A DNA stretch of 64,000 bases, from the NCBI GenBank assembly GCA_963785305.1, contig CAWAUV010000005.1:384001-448000 (forward strand). Reading direction: 5' to 3'. Source of the DNA: an uncultured Planctomycetaceae bacterium. GTDB lineage: Bacteria; Planctomycetota; Planctomycetia; Pirellulales; PALSA-1355. The notes below the pieces were generated by a model. The model was not told the origin of the DNA. It was given only the letters and a program-made list of their open reading frames with translations, and made no database searches. Positions 11,058-22,468 of this stretch are shown one piece after another (the stretch's first letter is position 1; each line of letters opens with the position of its first letter). A program made the translations under genes and the position numbers.

Positions 11058-13651
11058 ATGGGGCGGCTACCAAACGGCATTGCCGCCAAGCCCGACTCCA
11101 CGCCGCTCGTCGCGCTCTTGCTCGCCGCGGCCGTCGGCATCGTGATCGATCGGCATTTTCCGCTCGGGCTGGGCGCGTGGCTTCTGGCGGCTGTCGCGAG
11201 TTGGGGCCTTTGGCGCTGGATTTGGCCGCGCGAAGCGAACTTATCGCCGCGCCGCCATGTGAGCGCGTGGCCGCTGCTCGCCTCGGCGGCGGCCGTGGCC
11301 GGGGCCTGGCATCATTGCCACTGGAATCTCCGCGGCGAAAACGACATTGCCCGCTTCGCGGCTCGCGACGCCAAGCCGCTCGCAATGCAAGCGCTCGTGA
11401 CCCGCGGCGCCCGCGTAATGCCGGCGCCGCCGCGCGATCCGCTCCGCACGCTGCCCATCGGAGATCGCACTCGCATCGAGCTTCGGGTGCTGGCGGTGCG
11501 CGATGGCCGCGAATGGCGCGAGGCGTCGGGCCTCGTGACGCTCGTCGTCGCCGGGATCGCCACCGCGCCGGCCGCGGGCGACCGGCTCACGCTCTTCGCC
11601 CAAATGCGGACCGCCGAGCCGCCCGACAACCCAGGCGAGTTCGATTTTGGCTCCTGATCGCGCGGTCCGAGCGCCATGGCGCGACTCTGATCGCCGAGCA
11701 TGCCGATTGCCTCACGCTCGAACACGCGGCCCCGCGCTACGGGAGCCTGCAACAAATGTTCGACCGCTGGCGTCGGCAAAACCGCGAACTGTTGGCCAAG
11801 TATCTCAGCCCGCGCGCGGCCGGATTGGCCGGAGCGATGTTTGTCGGCATTCGCGAGGATTTGCAGCCCGAGGATTACCGCGCGTTCTACGAAACCGGGA
11901 CTGTTCACCTTCTCGTGGTGTCGGGCGCCAATATCGGCGTGTTGGCGGCGAGTTTGCTGCTCGCCGCGCGAATCGTCGGAATCCGGCGGCGGGCGACATT
12001 GGTGGCGACGGCCACGTTTTGCCTGCTCTATGCGTTTGAAACCGATTTGCAGGCGCCGGTGACTCGGGCCACGGTGATGGTGCTCGCCGGCTGCGGCGCG
12101 GCCTGGCTGGGGCGATCAGCCCTGGACTTCAATTCGCTGGCGCTGGCCGCGATCGTGATTCTGGCGATCAATCCCGCGGATTTGTTCGCCATCGGGCCGC
12201 AGTTATCGTTTTTGGCCGTGGCCGCGCTTGCTTGGCGAGCGCGAGTGCGACGCATTCGCGCGGCCCAGGAAGATCCGCTTGATCGCCTCATCGAACAAAC
12301 CCGACCCTTGCCGCGCCGACTGGCGCGGAGGGCTGTTCTCGGCTTCGGGCAGGCGCTGGTCGAAAGCGCCGTGGTATGCGCGGTGGTCTCGCCGCTCGTC
12401 GTGGCGAGGTTTCATCTTTTGTCGCTCGTGGCCGTCGTACTCGGGCCGATCTTGGCGCTGCCGGTGGCCCTGGGCATGACCTCGGGCTTCGTGCTGCTCG
12501 CCACCGGCGCTTGGCTCGGACCGCTAGCGGCGGCGAGCGCGATCGTTTGCGAAAACTGCTTGCGGTTTGTCGAACTTTGCGTCACCTGGGGCCAACGGCT
12601 CCCGGGCGGCCATCTCTGGGTTCCGGGGCCGAGCGATTGGTGGCTGGCCGGATTTTACCTCGGGCTCGCCGGTTGGGTTTTCTTGCGACGCCGCGATCAC
12701 GGCCGGGCAGGCCGCGCGATGCTTCCACAAACTGGCCAACCGTCGGCCGGGCCAGCCGCGCGCGAGCGTTGGCCGGCTCGCTGGGGTGTCGGACTCTTTT
12801 GCGGCTGGCTATTTCTCGGCCTGGCCGTCGGGTGGGTCGGGCGTCGCCTCGAGCCGCGGCTCTTGCGATGCACGAACCTTGCCGTGGGACATGGCACGGC
12901 GGTGGTGCTCGAGTTGCCAGATGGTCGCACACTACTCTACGACGCCGGCCGCCTCGGCTCGCCGCAAGCCGCCAGCGACGCCATGGCCGGCTATCTCTGG
13001 TCGCGCGGCGTCACGCATCTCGACGCCGTGGTGCTCTCCCATGCCGACGCCGACCACTACAACGCGCTGCCGGCGCTCACACGGCAATTTTCGATCGGCG
13101 TGGTGTATATTTCGCCCGTGATGTTCGACGACATGTCGCCCGGCCTCGCGGCCTTGCGCCGCGCGCTCGATGAAACGCACGCGCCGATTCGCGAAGTCTG
13201 GGCGCCCGACCGGCTCGACGCCGGTCCGGACTGCACGATCGAAATCCTGCACCCGCCCCGCCGCGGCCTCTTGGCCAGCGACAACGCGAACAGCATCGTG
13301 CTGGCGATCGAACATGCCGGCCGCCGCCTCCTGCTCACGGGCGACCTCGAATCGCCGGGCCTCGACGCCGTGCTCGCCGAGGAGCCGTTGGACTGCGATG
13401 TGCTCGTGGCGCCGCATCATGGCAGCCTCTATAGCGCCCCGAATAAAATGGCCGCCTGGTGCCGCCCCGAGTGGACGATCATCTCCGGCTCGAGCCGCGA
13501 TGAACACGCGCAGGTCGACGCCGCTTATGGCGAACATGGCCAAGTCTGGCACACGGCCCGCGAGGGCGCGGTGCAAGCGGCGCTCGGCCGCGATGGCGTG
13601 GAAGTGAAAAGCTGGCGACGCATGATCGCCGCGGGGCAAAGCGGGTTTTGA
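11058..13651 (+). CDS. comEC: ComEC/Rec2 DNA-uptake competence protein (frameshift near 11650)
   Basis: NPGEFDF, HLLVVSGAN, QLSFLAV, metallo-beta-lactamase SHADADHYN, LLTGDLE, APHHGS. Confidence 0.88.
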
Positions 13652-13701
13652 GCGATTGCGGATTTCGACGCTGTCCCGCCGGACATGCGCAGCGCGAGCA
13701 A

Positions 13702-14775
13702 TCACCCCGCCGCGGCGTCGACTGGCAGGCCGCAGGCAACTTCTTCGTCGCGCGTGATCTCGAAGCCGAGGTCGGCGATCATGCGATAATCGGCCTCGGG
13801 CGCTTGGCCTTTGGTCGTGAGATAGTCGCCCACGAAGAGCGAATTGGCCGGATAGAGCCCGAGCGCTTGCAGGCTGCCCAGGTGCATCTCGCGCCCGCCG
13901 GAAATGCGAATTTCGCGGGTCGGGTTCACGAAGCGAAACATCGCCAGGGCCTTCAGGCAATAGCGCGGAGTGAGTTGCTTGTGGCCGGCCAGAGGAGTGC
14001 CATCGATCGGGTTCAGGAAGTTGACCGGAATCGATTCGACGCCCAACTCGCGGAGCGAGATCGCCATTTGCACCACATCGTGGTCCTGTTCGCCCATGCC
14101 GAGAATTCCGCCCGAGCAAAGCTCCATGCCGGCGTTGCGCACGTTGTTGAGCGTGGCGATGCGGTCTTGATAGCCGTGGGTCGTGCAAATCTCGGCGTAG
14201 TGGGATTCGCTCGTGTTGAGGTTGTGGTTCACGCGATCCACGCCACACGCCTTTAGCCGCTGGGCCTGTTCGGCAGTGAGCAGGCCCAGGCAGGCGCAAA
14301 TCTTGAGATTGTATTGGGCCTTGATCTGGGGCACGATCGTGGTGATGGCGTCCATCTCGCGATTCGACGGGCCCCGAGCCGAGATCACGATACAATACGT
14401 CTTGGCCTCGCGCTCGGCCGCCACACGTGCGCCGGCCAGCAGCTTCTCGGCGTTGAGCAGGTTGTAGCGCGGAATCTCGGCGTCGGACACCTTCGACTGG
14501 CTGCAGTAGCCGCAATCCTCGGGACACAAGCCGCTCTTGGCGTTCATCAAAAAGTAAAGTTGCACGCGCTTGCCGAACCAGCGGCGGCGAATGCAAAACG
14601 AAGCGGCCAACACCTCGAGCAGCTCGTCGTCACTCGATCGCAAGATCGACAGCGCTTCGTCGTTCGACACGCGATGCCCCGCGAGCACGCGCGTCGCAAG
14701 AGCATGCCAGTCAGCGCTCGGCGCCACCCGCGGTTCTTGGTGGGTAGTGTCCAACTCGTTGTTCGATTCGATCAT
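13702..14775 (-). CDS. bioB: Biotin synthase (radical SAM)
   Basis: NAKSGLCPEDCGYCSQS (CxxxCxxC), NHNLNTS, CSGGILGMGE, SIPVNFL, GDYLTTKG. Confidence 0.96.
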   Translation of the reverse strand: MIESNNELDTTHQEPRVAPSADWHALATRVLAGHRVSNDEALSILRSSDDELLEVLAASFCIRRRWFGKRVQLYFLMNAKSGLCPEDCGYCSQSKVSDAEIPRYNLLNAEKLLAGARVAAEREAKTYCIVISARGPSNREMDAITTIVPQIKAQYNLKICACLGLLTAEQAQRLKACGVDRVNHNLNTSESHYAEICTTHGYQDRIATLNNVRNAGMELCSGGILGMGEQDHDVVQMAISLRELGVESIPVNFLNPIDGTPLAGHKQLTPRYCLKALAMFRFVNPTREIRISGGREMHLGSLQALGLYPANSLFVGDYLTTKGQAPEADYRMIADLGFEITRDEEVACGLPVDAAAG

Positions 14776-15023
14776 CGCTCGTTCCCGAGAATGTTTCTTT
14801 AGGCGCAATCGCGCCAGCGGCGATTGACGGCCGAATTCAATTTCCTCAAGTATCTTCGCGAGCCCGGTTTGAACAAGGGGGGCCGATCCGCGATAATGGC
14901 GCAAGCGTTTTTTCGGGTCCTTTTCAAGCTTCGCTTCGGCCGATGCGTTCGGGAACGCGTCTGAGAACGCGCCGGCGGCGATATTTCGAATTCCAACGAG
15001 CGATCATCGCTCCCTGAGCATCC

Positions 15024-15617
15024 ATGGCTTGTCACTTGGCGCGTTTTGGCGCATTGGGCGAAATTGCCGGTTTCACCTCGGTCGATGGCGCGAGGTTTCC
15101 CCGCGGCGCGCGAGTGGTGCTCCGCACCAGCCGGGGCCTCGAACTGGGCGAAGTGCTCGCGCCGCCCGATGCCGGCGGAGCCACGCGCGAAATGGGCGAT
15201 ATCGGCGGACAGTTGGCCAGCGGCGGTTCGATTCTCCGCGGCATGACGGCCGAGGACGCGCTGCTCGAAGCGCGGCTCGATAAGAATCGTCGCCAAGCGT
15301 TCGACGCTTGCGAAAAACGCTTGGCCGCGCTCGATCTGCCTGCGGCGCTGATCGATGTCGAGTCGCTCTTCGACGGACGCACGCTCTGCTTTTATTTTCT
15401 GGGGCCGATGACGCCCGAACTCGAACAGGTAACGAGCGAACTGGCCGAAACCTATGAAGCCCAGGCCCAATTGCGCCGCTTCGCCGACACGCTCACGGCT
15501 GGTTGCGGGCCCGGTTGCGGAACCGAAGACGGCTCGAGCTGCCAGAGTTGCGGCTCGGGCTGCGCCGTGGCCGAAGCCTGCTCCACGGGTCCCCGCCGAC
15601 GAAAAGCCCAGGATTGA
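15024..15617 (+). CDS. PSP1/RicT(YaaT)-like protein with Cys-rich C-terminus
   Basis: VVLRTSRGLELGEV, LIDVESLFDG..FYF, tail CGPGCG..CQSCGSGCAVAEAC. Confidence 0.65.
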   Translation: MACHLARFGALGEIAGFTSVDGARFPRGARVVLRTSRGLELGEVLAPPDAGGATREMGDIGGQLASGGSILRGMTAEDALLEARLDKNRRQAFDACEKRLAALDLPAALIDVESLFDGRTLCFYFLGPMTPELEQVTSELAETYEAQAQLRRFADTLTAGCGPGCGTEDGSSCQSCGSGCAVAEACSTGPRRRKAQD

Positions 15618-15631
15618 TCGCCCGAGACGAC

Positions 15632-17001
15632 CTAAGGCTGGGGATCGTCTGGCGGCGCCGAAGTCTTGCTCGCCGAGGCGGCGGATTCTTGGCCGGCGCA
15701 GGCGGGCACGAATCTCGATGAGCCGATCGGCCAGTTGTTTTTCGAAACCTCGTGGCGCCGGGCGATAGTATTCGCGCTCGATGCCCAAATAGTCTTGCGC
15801 GGCGATGGCATCGGGGCTGTCGTGAGCATATTCGTAGCCTGGTCCCTGATCGAGCCGCTTGGCGCCGGCGTAGTGCGAATCGCGCAAGTGTCGCGGCACG
15901 GGCAAGAGTCGCCCCTCGCGCACATCGCGGCGCGCCTCGCCAATGGCCACCGTCGCCGCATTGGACTTCGGCGCGCACGCCAGATAGGCCACGGCCTGGG
16001 CCAGCGTGAGTTGACACTCCGGCAAGCCGACGAACTCGCAAGCTTGCATCGCCGCCACGGCCAGCGGCAGCGCGGCCGGGTCGGCGTTGCCAATATCCTC
16101 GCTGGCGAGAATCACCAGCCGCCGAGCCAAAAATCGCGGCTCCTCGCCACCTTCGAGCATTCGGGCCAGCCAATAAATCCCCGCGTCGGGATCGGAGCCG
16201 CGAATGCTCTTGATCAATGCGCTTGCGCAGTCGTAGTGCGAGTCGCCGGTCCGATCATATTCCACTTGCTTGCGCTGCACCGACTCGGCGGCCAGGGCGC
16301 GCGTGACGCGGAGCGGTCGTTCGGCGCATGAGAGCACGCCGACTTCGAGCGCGCTCAAAGCGCGACGCGCGTCGCCATCGGACACTTCGGCCAGGAAGTC
16401 GAGCGCGTCGTCGTCGATCGTCGCTTGCGCGCCGCCGAGGCCCCGCTCGCGGTCGGCCAAGGCCCGCCGGAGTAGCGACTTGATGTCGTCGGCGTCGAGC
16501 GGCTCGAACTGAAACACGCGGCTGCGGCTGACCAAGGCGCTGGTCGAGCGCGAAGAACGGGTTTTGCGTCGTCGCGCCCACGAGCACGATCGATCCGTCT
16601 TCCACCCGCGGCAAGAGCACATCTTGCTGCGCGCGATTGAAGCGATGGATCTCATCGACGAACAATAGCGTCTTGGGGCCGCCGGCGGCCACCTGATCGC
16701 GCGCCCGCTCGAGCGTCTCGCGCAGCTCCTTCACGCCGCTGTCCACGGCGCTGAGCGTCTCGAATCGGCTGCGCGTGGCTGTGGCGAGCAGGTTGGCGAG
16801 CGTGGTTTTGCCGGAGCCGGGCGGACCATAAAAAATCACCGAGCCGAGCCGATCGGCTTCGATCAGCCGGCGCAGCAGTTTGCCCGGGCCGAGAAAATGC
16901 CGCTGCCCGACGAATTCATCGAGCGACCGGGGCCGCATGCGCGCCGCCAGCGGCTGCGCTTCGCGGCGATTAGCGGCTTCGCTGGCGGCAAATAACGACA
17001 T
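15632..17001 (-). CDS. rarA: Replication-associated recombination protein A (MgsA/RarA) AAA+ ATPase (frameshifts near 16545 and probably near 15690)
   Basis: PLAARMRP, YGPPGSGKT, FVDEIHRFN, ATTQNP, SALIKSIRGSDPDA, ASEDIGNADP, PKSN; the 3' end is uncertain. Confidence 0.88.
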
Positions 17002-17036
17002 GGGATTTCTTAAGACCGCAATGGCAGCGGGCAAAC

Positions 17037-17624
17037 CTATTTGGCCGCCTCGATCGCGATATTGATCAGCACCTCGTCGCCGACCGAAGGCAAGCCGGCC
17101 TTCAGATTGAAATCGCTTCGCTGGAGCGAGGTGGTGGTGACAATGCCGATGCGCTCGACGCCCTTGGGAAATTCGACCGTCTTGTCGGCGCCTTTGAGCG
17201 TGAGCGTCACCGGCTTGGTCACGCCGCGGAGCGTGAGGGCGCCGGCCACTTCATAGCCGCCCGCGATCGGTTTGACCGACTCGCTGCGAAAGTCGATCGT
17301 GGGAAACTGCTTGGCGTCGAAGTAGTCGGCGGCGCGCAGGTGCTCGTCGCGCTTCTGGTTGTTGGTGTCGATGCTGTCGATCTTGATCGAGAGCGTAAAC
17401 GACGACTTGGCCGGGTCCTGCTTGTCGATCACGAATTCGCCGGAATAGTCGTTGAAACGCCCGTGAATGAAACTGATGCCGGCGTGCGAAGTCATGAACG
17501 AGATCGATGAATGCACCGGGTCGACCTTGTAGGCGTCGGCCGCGACGACGGTTGAACCGCATGTCGCCGCGCCAAGCAATGCCACCAAAGCCGCGGGCGC
17601 CAGAAAACGAAGTGCCGTGAACAT
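17037..17624 (-). CDS. YceI family periplasmic lipid/polyisoprenoid-binding protein
   Basis: Signal peptide, DPVHSSISF, RDEHLR..DYFD, LTLRGVTKPV, RSDF. Confidence 0.9.
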   Translation of the reverse strand: MFTALRFLAPAALVALLGAATCGSTVVAADAYKVDPVHSSISFMTSHAGISFIHGRFNDYSGEFVIDKQDPAKSSFTLSIKIDSIDTNNQKRDEHLRAADYFDAKQFPTIDFRSESVKPIAGGYEVAGALTLRGVTKPVTLTLKGADKTVEFPKGVERIGIVTTTSLQRSDFNLKAGLPSVGDEVLINIAIEAAK

Positions 17625-17691
17625 GCGGATACCTTTGTGTCGAAAAGGGGGTGAGGTGAAAGCGTCGGGAACGCACTGGAAACAACTTCCT

Positions 17692-18625
17692 TCAATCGCG
17701 GCCAGCCGCGCACGCCCCATCATCGTCGGCCCCCACCACGCAAGCAAGAGGCGTCGGCGTGTTTGCGTCCGTCGGCCGATCGGGCAGTTTGCCCGAGGTC
17801 ACCAGGGCGATCAACAGCGCGCCGAGCGCGATCCGGTAGATGACGAAGACATAGGTCGTGTGCGTGCGCAAGAAACGGAGAAGCACCGTGATCGCCGCAT
17901 AGCCCACGAGCGCCGACACGAGCGTCGCGACCACGAGCGCCAGGGCGTCGTCGTGGCTGGCCAAGAGCGATTTTCGTTCGTCGACGAGTTCCTTGACGCC
18001 CGCCAGAAACACCGCCGGAAGCGAGAGGAGAAATGAAAACCGGGCCGCGGCGGCGCGATCCATGCCGCGGAAGAGGGCGGCCGTGATCGTCGTGCCCGAG
18101 CGCGAAGCCCCCGGCACGACCGCCAGTGCCTGGGCAAGCCCGACCCAGAGCGCATCGGCCCACGAAGTGGCCTCCAAGGTTTTGAACGGCGGCCCGCGCC
18201 GCGGCGGAGTGCGTGGTGGCGTTCGGCCGCGAAGAGCGCGATGGCGAAGAAAATGAGAGCCGCGCCGATCACGAGCAGCCGGCGGAGATCGGCTTCGATC
18301 TGATGCTTGAACAGCAGGCCGGCCACGACGATCGGCGCCGTGCCGAGGATCATCATCCAGCCCAATTGCCCTTCGTGCGACGCGGCGATGCGGCCGCGGA
18401 ACGTTTCGCGGAACCAGGCGCCCCGATCGTCCAGATATCGCGGCGAAAATAGATGAGCACCGCCACGAGCGTGCCGAACTGAATCACGGCGGAAAACGCC
18501 GCGCCAGGCTCGCGCGACCAGCCCAGCAGGCTAGGCACGATCATCAAGTGGGCCGTGCTACTAATGGGTAAGAATTCCGTGAGCCCTTGCACAATGCCCA
18601 GAATAATCGCTTGAAGAACGGTCAC
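17692..18625 (-). CDS. uppP: Undecaprenyl-diphosphate phosphatase (frameshifts near 18420 and 18200)
   Basis: [44 protein letters not shown]. Confidence 0.9.
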
Positions 18626-19085
18626 GGCCGCATGCTCCTAAAAACAATTTCGCTCGGTGGGCCGGAATCAGCGCTCGCGAAACGCGCCACGAATGGTCCG
18701 AGGGCGTCGCAAAGCGATTGGCCATTCGACAAAAACGCCCCGCAATCATAGCTTGCGGAACTTGGGAACAGCAGTGGCGGCGAGAGATCCGCCAATTCCG
18801 CCGGCCGCCGCGAGCGCGCTCCACGATGGGCCTGCGTCGCCCGCGACCGCGCTATATTTGGGCTTGGAAACGGCGGGGCGAATTTGGCATACTGAGTCCA
18901 TCGCTTCGTCAAACCTTCCGAGCCCGAAATGCCGCCCCCCGCGAGCACGAGTGGGGCGTGTCGGCTGGCCGCATGGCCCCAGTTCGTTTCCCATCGGCGT
19001 TGCCCCGTCCCGCGGGCGCGTGGACTTTCGGCGTCGCGCTTCGAGTGTCTTCCCATGTTCCCACCGTTTCCTGCAAAGGGGTTCG

Positions 19086-19982
19086 ATGTTCAAGAATCTT
19101 GATCCCGGCGCGATCGGCGTCGCCGGTAGCCAGAGTGAGTTGATCGAAACAACATTGTCGCACGGTTTCAAAGGACTGGATCTCGATATCGTCGAATTCG
19201 CCGCCGCGGCCAAGTTGCACGGCGCCGCCAAGGCGCGGCGATATCTCGACAGCGCTCGGCTCAAGATTGGCAGCTTTCGCTTGCCGCTTTCTCCCGACGC
19301 CGCCGAGCCCGAATATCGGGCCGGTCTCGAACGATTGCCGGAATATCTCGATCTGGCCGAGCAGCTTCACTGTCCACGGGCCGTGGTGGCGATCGACTCG
19401 ATCGGCCGGGCGGCGCCCCTACCACGAGCAGTTCGAACTTCTCCGCCGCCGCCTGAGCGATCTGGGCGATTTGCTCGGCAAGCGAGGTGCCAAGCTGGGG
19501 CTCGAGTTCGACTCCACGGCCCAGCCGAGCGACGAATCGGAATATGCCTTTATTCAAACCGCCGACGCGATGCTGATGCTGCTCAAGACGATCGGCTCGC
19601 CCACGGTGGGGCTCGCGCTCGATGTTTGGCATTGGCATTTGGGCGGCGGAACCCACGAGCAATTGCACGCGCTCGGCGCCGGGCGAATTATCACGGTGTC
19701 GCTGGCCGACGCCGATGTCGGCGCGTTCGCCGCGAGCGCGAAGCCCTCGGAGCGACGCCTGCCGGGCGAGACCGGCGTGATCGACTCGGCGGCCATCGTG
19801 GCCTCCCTGGCCGAGCAGGGCTACGATGGCCCAGTCACGCCGCGCCCTCGCGCGAGATGTTCGTCGGCCAGGGTCGAGAGAAGATCATGCGGCAAGTAGC
19901 CGCCGCGCTCGATGAGGTCTGGAAAACGGCCGGCATTTCGCCCTCGGGTAGCGCTTCGCCCGTGGGAAGCGGCAAAGCCTGA
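19086..19982 (+). CDS. Sugar phosphate isomerase/epimerase-like TIM barrel (frameshifts near 19410 and 19855)
   Basis: MFKNLDPGAIG..HGFKGLDL, LGLEF, GLALDVWHWH, RRLPGETGVID, GYDGPVTP. Confidence 0.72.
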   Translation: MFKNLDPGAIGVAGSQSELIETTLSHGFKGLDLDIVEFAAAAKLHGAAKARRYLDSARLKIGSFRLPLSPDAAEPEYRAGLERLPEYLDLAEQLHCPRAVVAIDSIGRAAPLPRAVRTSPPPPERSGRFARQARCQAGARVRLHGPAERRIGICLYSNRRRDADAAQDDRLAHGGARARCLALAFGRRNPRAIARARRRANYHGVAGRRRCRRVRREREALGATPAGRDRRDRLGGHRGLPGRAGLRWPSHAAPSREMFVGQGREKIMRQVAAALDEVWKTAGISPSGSASPVGSGKA

Positions 19983-20051
19983 CAGTTCGCTCCCGGAGCC
20001 TCGCGCTCTGGCGCGGCGCATCGAGCGCGCCATGGATGGGGAATTAGGGAT

Positions 20052-21479
20052 TTAGCGGCGGGGAACGGCCTGGACCTCGATATCGTCGAGGTCCAGTTCG
20101 CCCACGCCTCCGTGCATGCCGATGCGGATCACGGCCTCGCGCGCTTGCGGCGGAACGCGCACGCGCGCTTGCTCGTGGCGCCAAGCGAAAGAGCCGAGCC
20201 AAGGGCCGATGAAATCGCCGCCCAAGATCGAGCGATTTTCGTCGTAAAACACGATGCCCAGGAGCGGAACTTCTTCCTCGCCCCGGCCCGGCTGTGCGCG
20301 ATCGACTCGCACCCAGAGCGAGAAGTCGAGATCAGCCACCTCGCGCCCATCGACCGCCATGCCTTGCAATCCGCGACTGGCGCGGCCAGGTTCGATGTTC
20401 ACGAATCGCGCATAGTGCTTGCCCTGGGGAGCGTTGACCGACTCGACCACTTCGAGCTGCCGCTGATAATGCCAACCCAAGGGCCGCGGCGCGGCGGGGG
20501 CGGCGGCGGGAACCGCGGGGTTGGGCGCCGCTGGCGCGGGACCGGATGGAACCGGGGCGCGTTGGGCCGGCCCCACGATCGGCGACGGCTCCTCACCCGC
20601 CGGCTTGGTCGGAGCCGTGCCCGCTGGCGGAGTGTCCGCGGCTTTTTCCGCGGCTTTTTCAACTGCCCTTTCGGGCGATTTAGCCGGCGGCGCTTGCGCC
20701 AGTTCCTCGAATCCACCGTTCGCGATGCGCGGATGCGCCGGGTCGGGTTTTTTTTCGCGACCGGCTTCGGCCGTGCCGGTCATGGGCACGAAGAGCGTCG
20801 GCAATAGGGCCGTGGGCGTGAGCTTGCCATCGACCTTGCGGAACAGATAGAGCGTCTGCTGATAACGCTCGCCCACGGGCACGATCAACCTGCCGCCCTC
20901 GGCCAACTGCTCGACGAGCGCTGTCGGAACTTTTTCCGGCGAGCAGGTGACAATGATCTTTTCGAAGGGCGCGTGCTCCGGCCAGCCGGCGAAGCCATCG
21001 CCGATCTTCGGATGCACATTCGTGTACTTAAGTCGCTTGAGGGTGCGGGCCGCGCGCTCGCCAAGCGGCTTCACGATCTCGATCGTGTATACATCTTTCA
21101 CCAGCGGGCTGAGCACCGCGGCCTGAAAACCCGAGCCGGTGCCGATTTCGAGCACATTGTCGGTCGGCTGGGGATCAAGTTGCTCGGTCATGTAGGCCAC
21201 GACATAGGGCGGCGAGATCGTTTGACTATTGCCGATCGGCAGCGCCATGTCGTAGTACGCCCGCGCCCGTTCGCCGGCGGCGACGAACTCATGCCGCGGC
21301 GTGGCGCGCATCGAAGCGATCACGCGCGGATTCTTGACGCCGGCCGAGACGATTTCGTCGTCGACCATTTTTTCGCGCACGGCTGCAAAGGGATCGGCCG
21401 CCGCGGCCGTGGTCGCGAGACTTCCGGTGAAGCATGCGAAGAATGCGACAATGATATGCACGATGTCTGTAAATCGCAT
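20052..21479 (-). CDS. pcm: Protein-L-isoaspartate O-methyltransferase with N-terminal signal-like peptide, Pro/Ala linker and extra C-terminal beta-sandwich-like domain
   Basis: PRHEFV, QTISPPYVVA, VLEIGTGSGFQAA, GDGFAGWPEHAPF, QLAEGGRLIVPVG, FVPM. Confidence 0.88.
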   Translation of the reverse strand: MRFTDIVHIIVAFFACFTGSLATTAAAADPFAAVREKMVDDEIVSAGVKNPRVIASMRATPRHEFVAAGERARAYYDMALPIGNSQTISPPYVVAYMTEQLDPQPTDNVLEIGTGSGFQAAVLSPLVKDVYTIEIVKPLGERAARTLKRLKYTNVHPKIGDGFAGWPEHAPFEKIIVTCSPEKVPTALVEQLAEGGRLIVPVGERYQQTLYLFRKVDGKLTPTALLPTLFVPMTGTAEAGREKKPDPAHPRIANGGFEELAQAPPAKSPERAVEKAAEKAADTPPAGTAPTKPAGEEPSPIVGPAQRAPVPSGPAPAAPNPAVPAAAPAAPRPLGWHYQRQLEVVESVNAPQGKHYARFVNIEPGRASRGLQGMAVDGREVADLDFSLWVRVDRAQPGRGEEEVPLLGIVFYDENRSILGGDFIGPWLGSFAWRHEQARVRVPPQAREAVIRIGMHGGVGELDLDDIEVQAVPRR

Positions 21480-21621
21480 AATCGACGACTCGCGGCGTGT
21501 GGGGGGCGGTGGACCGGAAGTGTCTTTCTCAATCGTATCTCAAACCGGAGTGCTTGGCACGAAAAAGTCGGCTGCCGATCCTTGGACTCGCGGCGCGCGC
21601 GATTCGCGGCGAGCGGCGGCG

Positions 21622-21969
21622 TCAATAGCGCGGCTTGGTCGGATCGATTTCAAGCGACCAAGCGTCGATTCCGCCGGCCATGCTTTGGGCTCGTGAAAAT
21701 CCCTGCTCGCGCAGCCACTTGACCACTCGCAGGCTGCGGCCGCCGTGGTGGCAATGCACGATGATCGGCTCCGCGCGATGCTCGGCGAGCTCGCCGACGC
21801 GGCCGGCAAGCTGGCTCATGGGGAATAGCTCCGCGGCGTCGATATGCACCAAGTTGTATTCGTCGGGCTCGCGGCAGTCGAGCAGCAGGAACTTTTCGCC
21901 GTCGGCCAGCTTTTTCGCGACCGTTTGAACATCGACTTCCAGCGGCGGGGCGTCGTCGGCAGCGGACAT
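21622..21969 (-). CDS. Rhodanese-like sulfurtransferase
   Basis: LLDCREPDEY, VHCHHGGRS, MAGGIDAWS. Confidence 0.9.
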   Translation of the reverse strand: MSAADDAPPLEVDVQTVAKKLADGEKFLLLDCREPDEYNLVHIDAAELFPMSQLAGRVGELAEHRAEPIIVHCHHGGRSLRVVKWLREQGFSRAQSMAGGIDAWSLEIDPTKPRY

Positions 21970-22468
21970 AAGCGGAGTCGCCTTTCTAATGGCGCGCGAG
22001 CATCGGGCGAAGGGATAGGACAACGAGTCGACGTTGGTCGAAATCCTCGGCGGGAAACATGGATTTCAGGCCAGCATGCTTTGTACCACGAAGCTTCCCG
22101 CCGTTCAAAGTCGTCACGCATTTTGGGCCCCGCCGCTCGGCCGGCGTCAGTGCCCGACGTTTCCCAACCTCGGCGGCGCCTCGGCGGTTTTGCGATTTTT
22201 GCCGGTTTTGCGGCCGCGCCTATTAAATTTGCCCGCGGGAGCAATTAGGATGAGGCGACCTCGCAATGTTCTTGCGTCGGGCCGCTCGGCGGTCCGACTC
22301 GAGCGAATCGGGCCTCGCCGCCTGCCCACACCATGCGTTTTTTCTTCCCCGGGAGTTTGATGCGATGAATCTGTTCGTGTCGCCGTGTCTACGCAATGAA
22401 TCTCGATTTGTCGCTCGCTCGAAGGGACGCCCCGATTCGCCATCGACCGCCACTTCGCCGGGCGCCGC

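Noticed and set aside
11640..11670. Programmed frameshift or TGA readthrough in comEC (and other split genes)
   Set aside because: No slippery heptamer or SECIS-like context; the continuation is in another frame and the same pattern affects many unrelated genes
14799..15631. Long C-terminal extension of RarA overlapping the PSP1-like gene
   Set aside because: The extension is antisense to a better-supported gene and probably results from an indel near 15690
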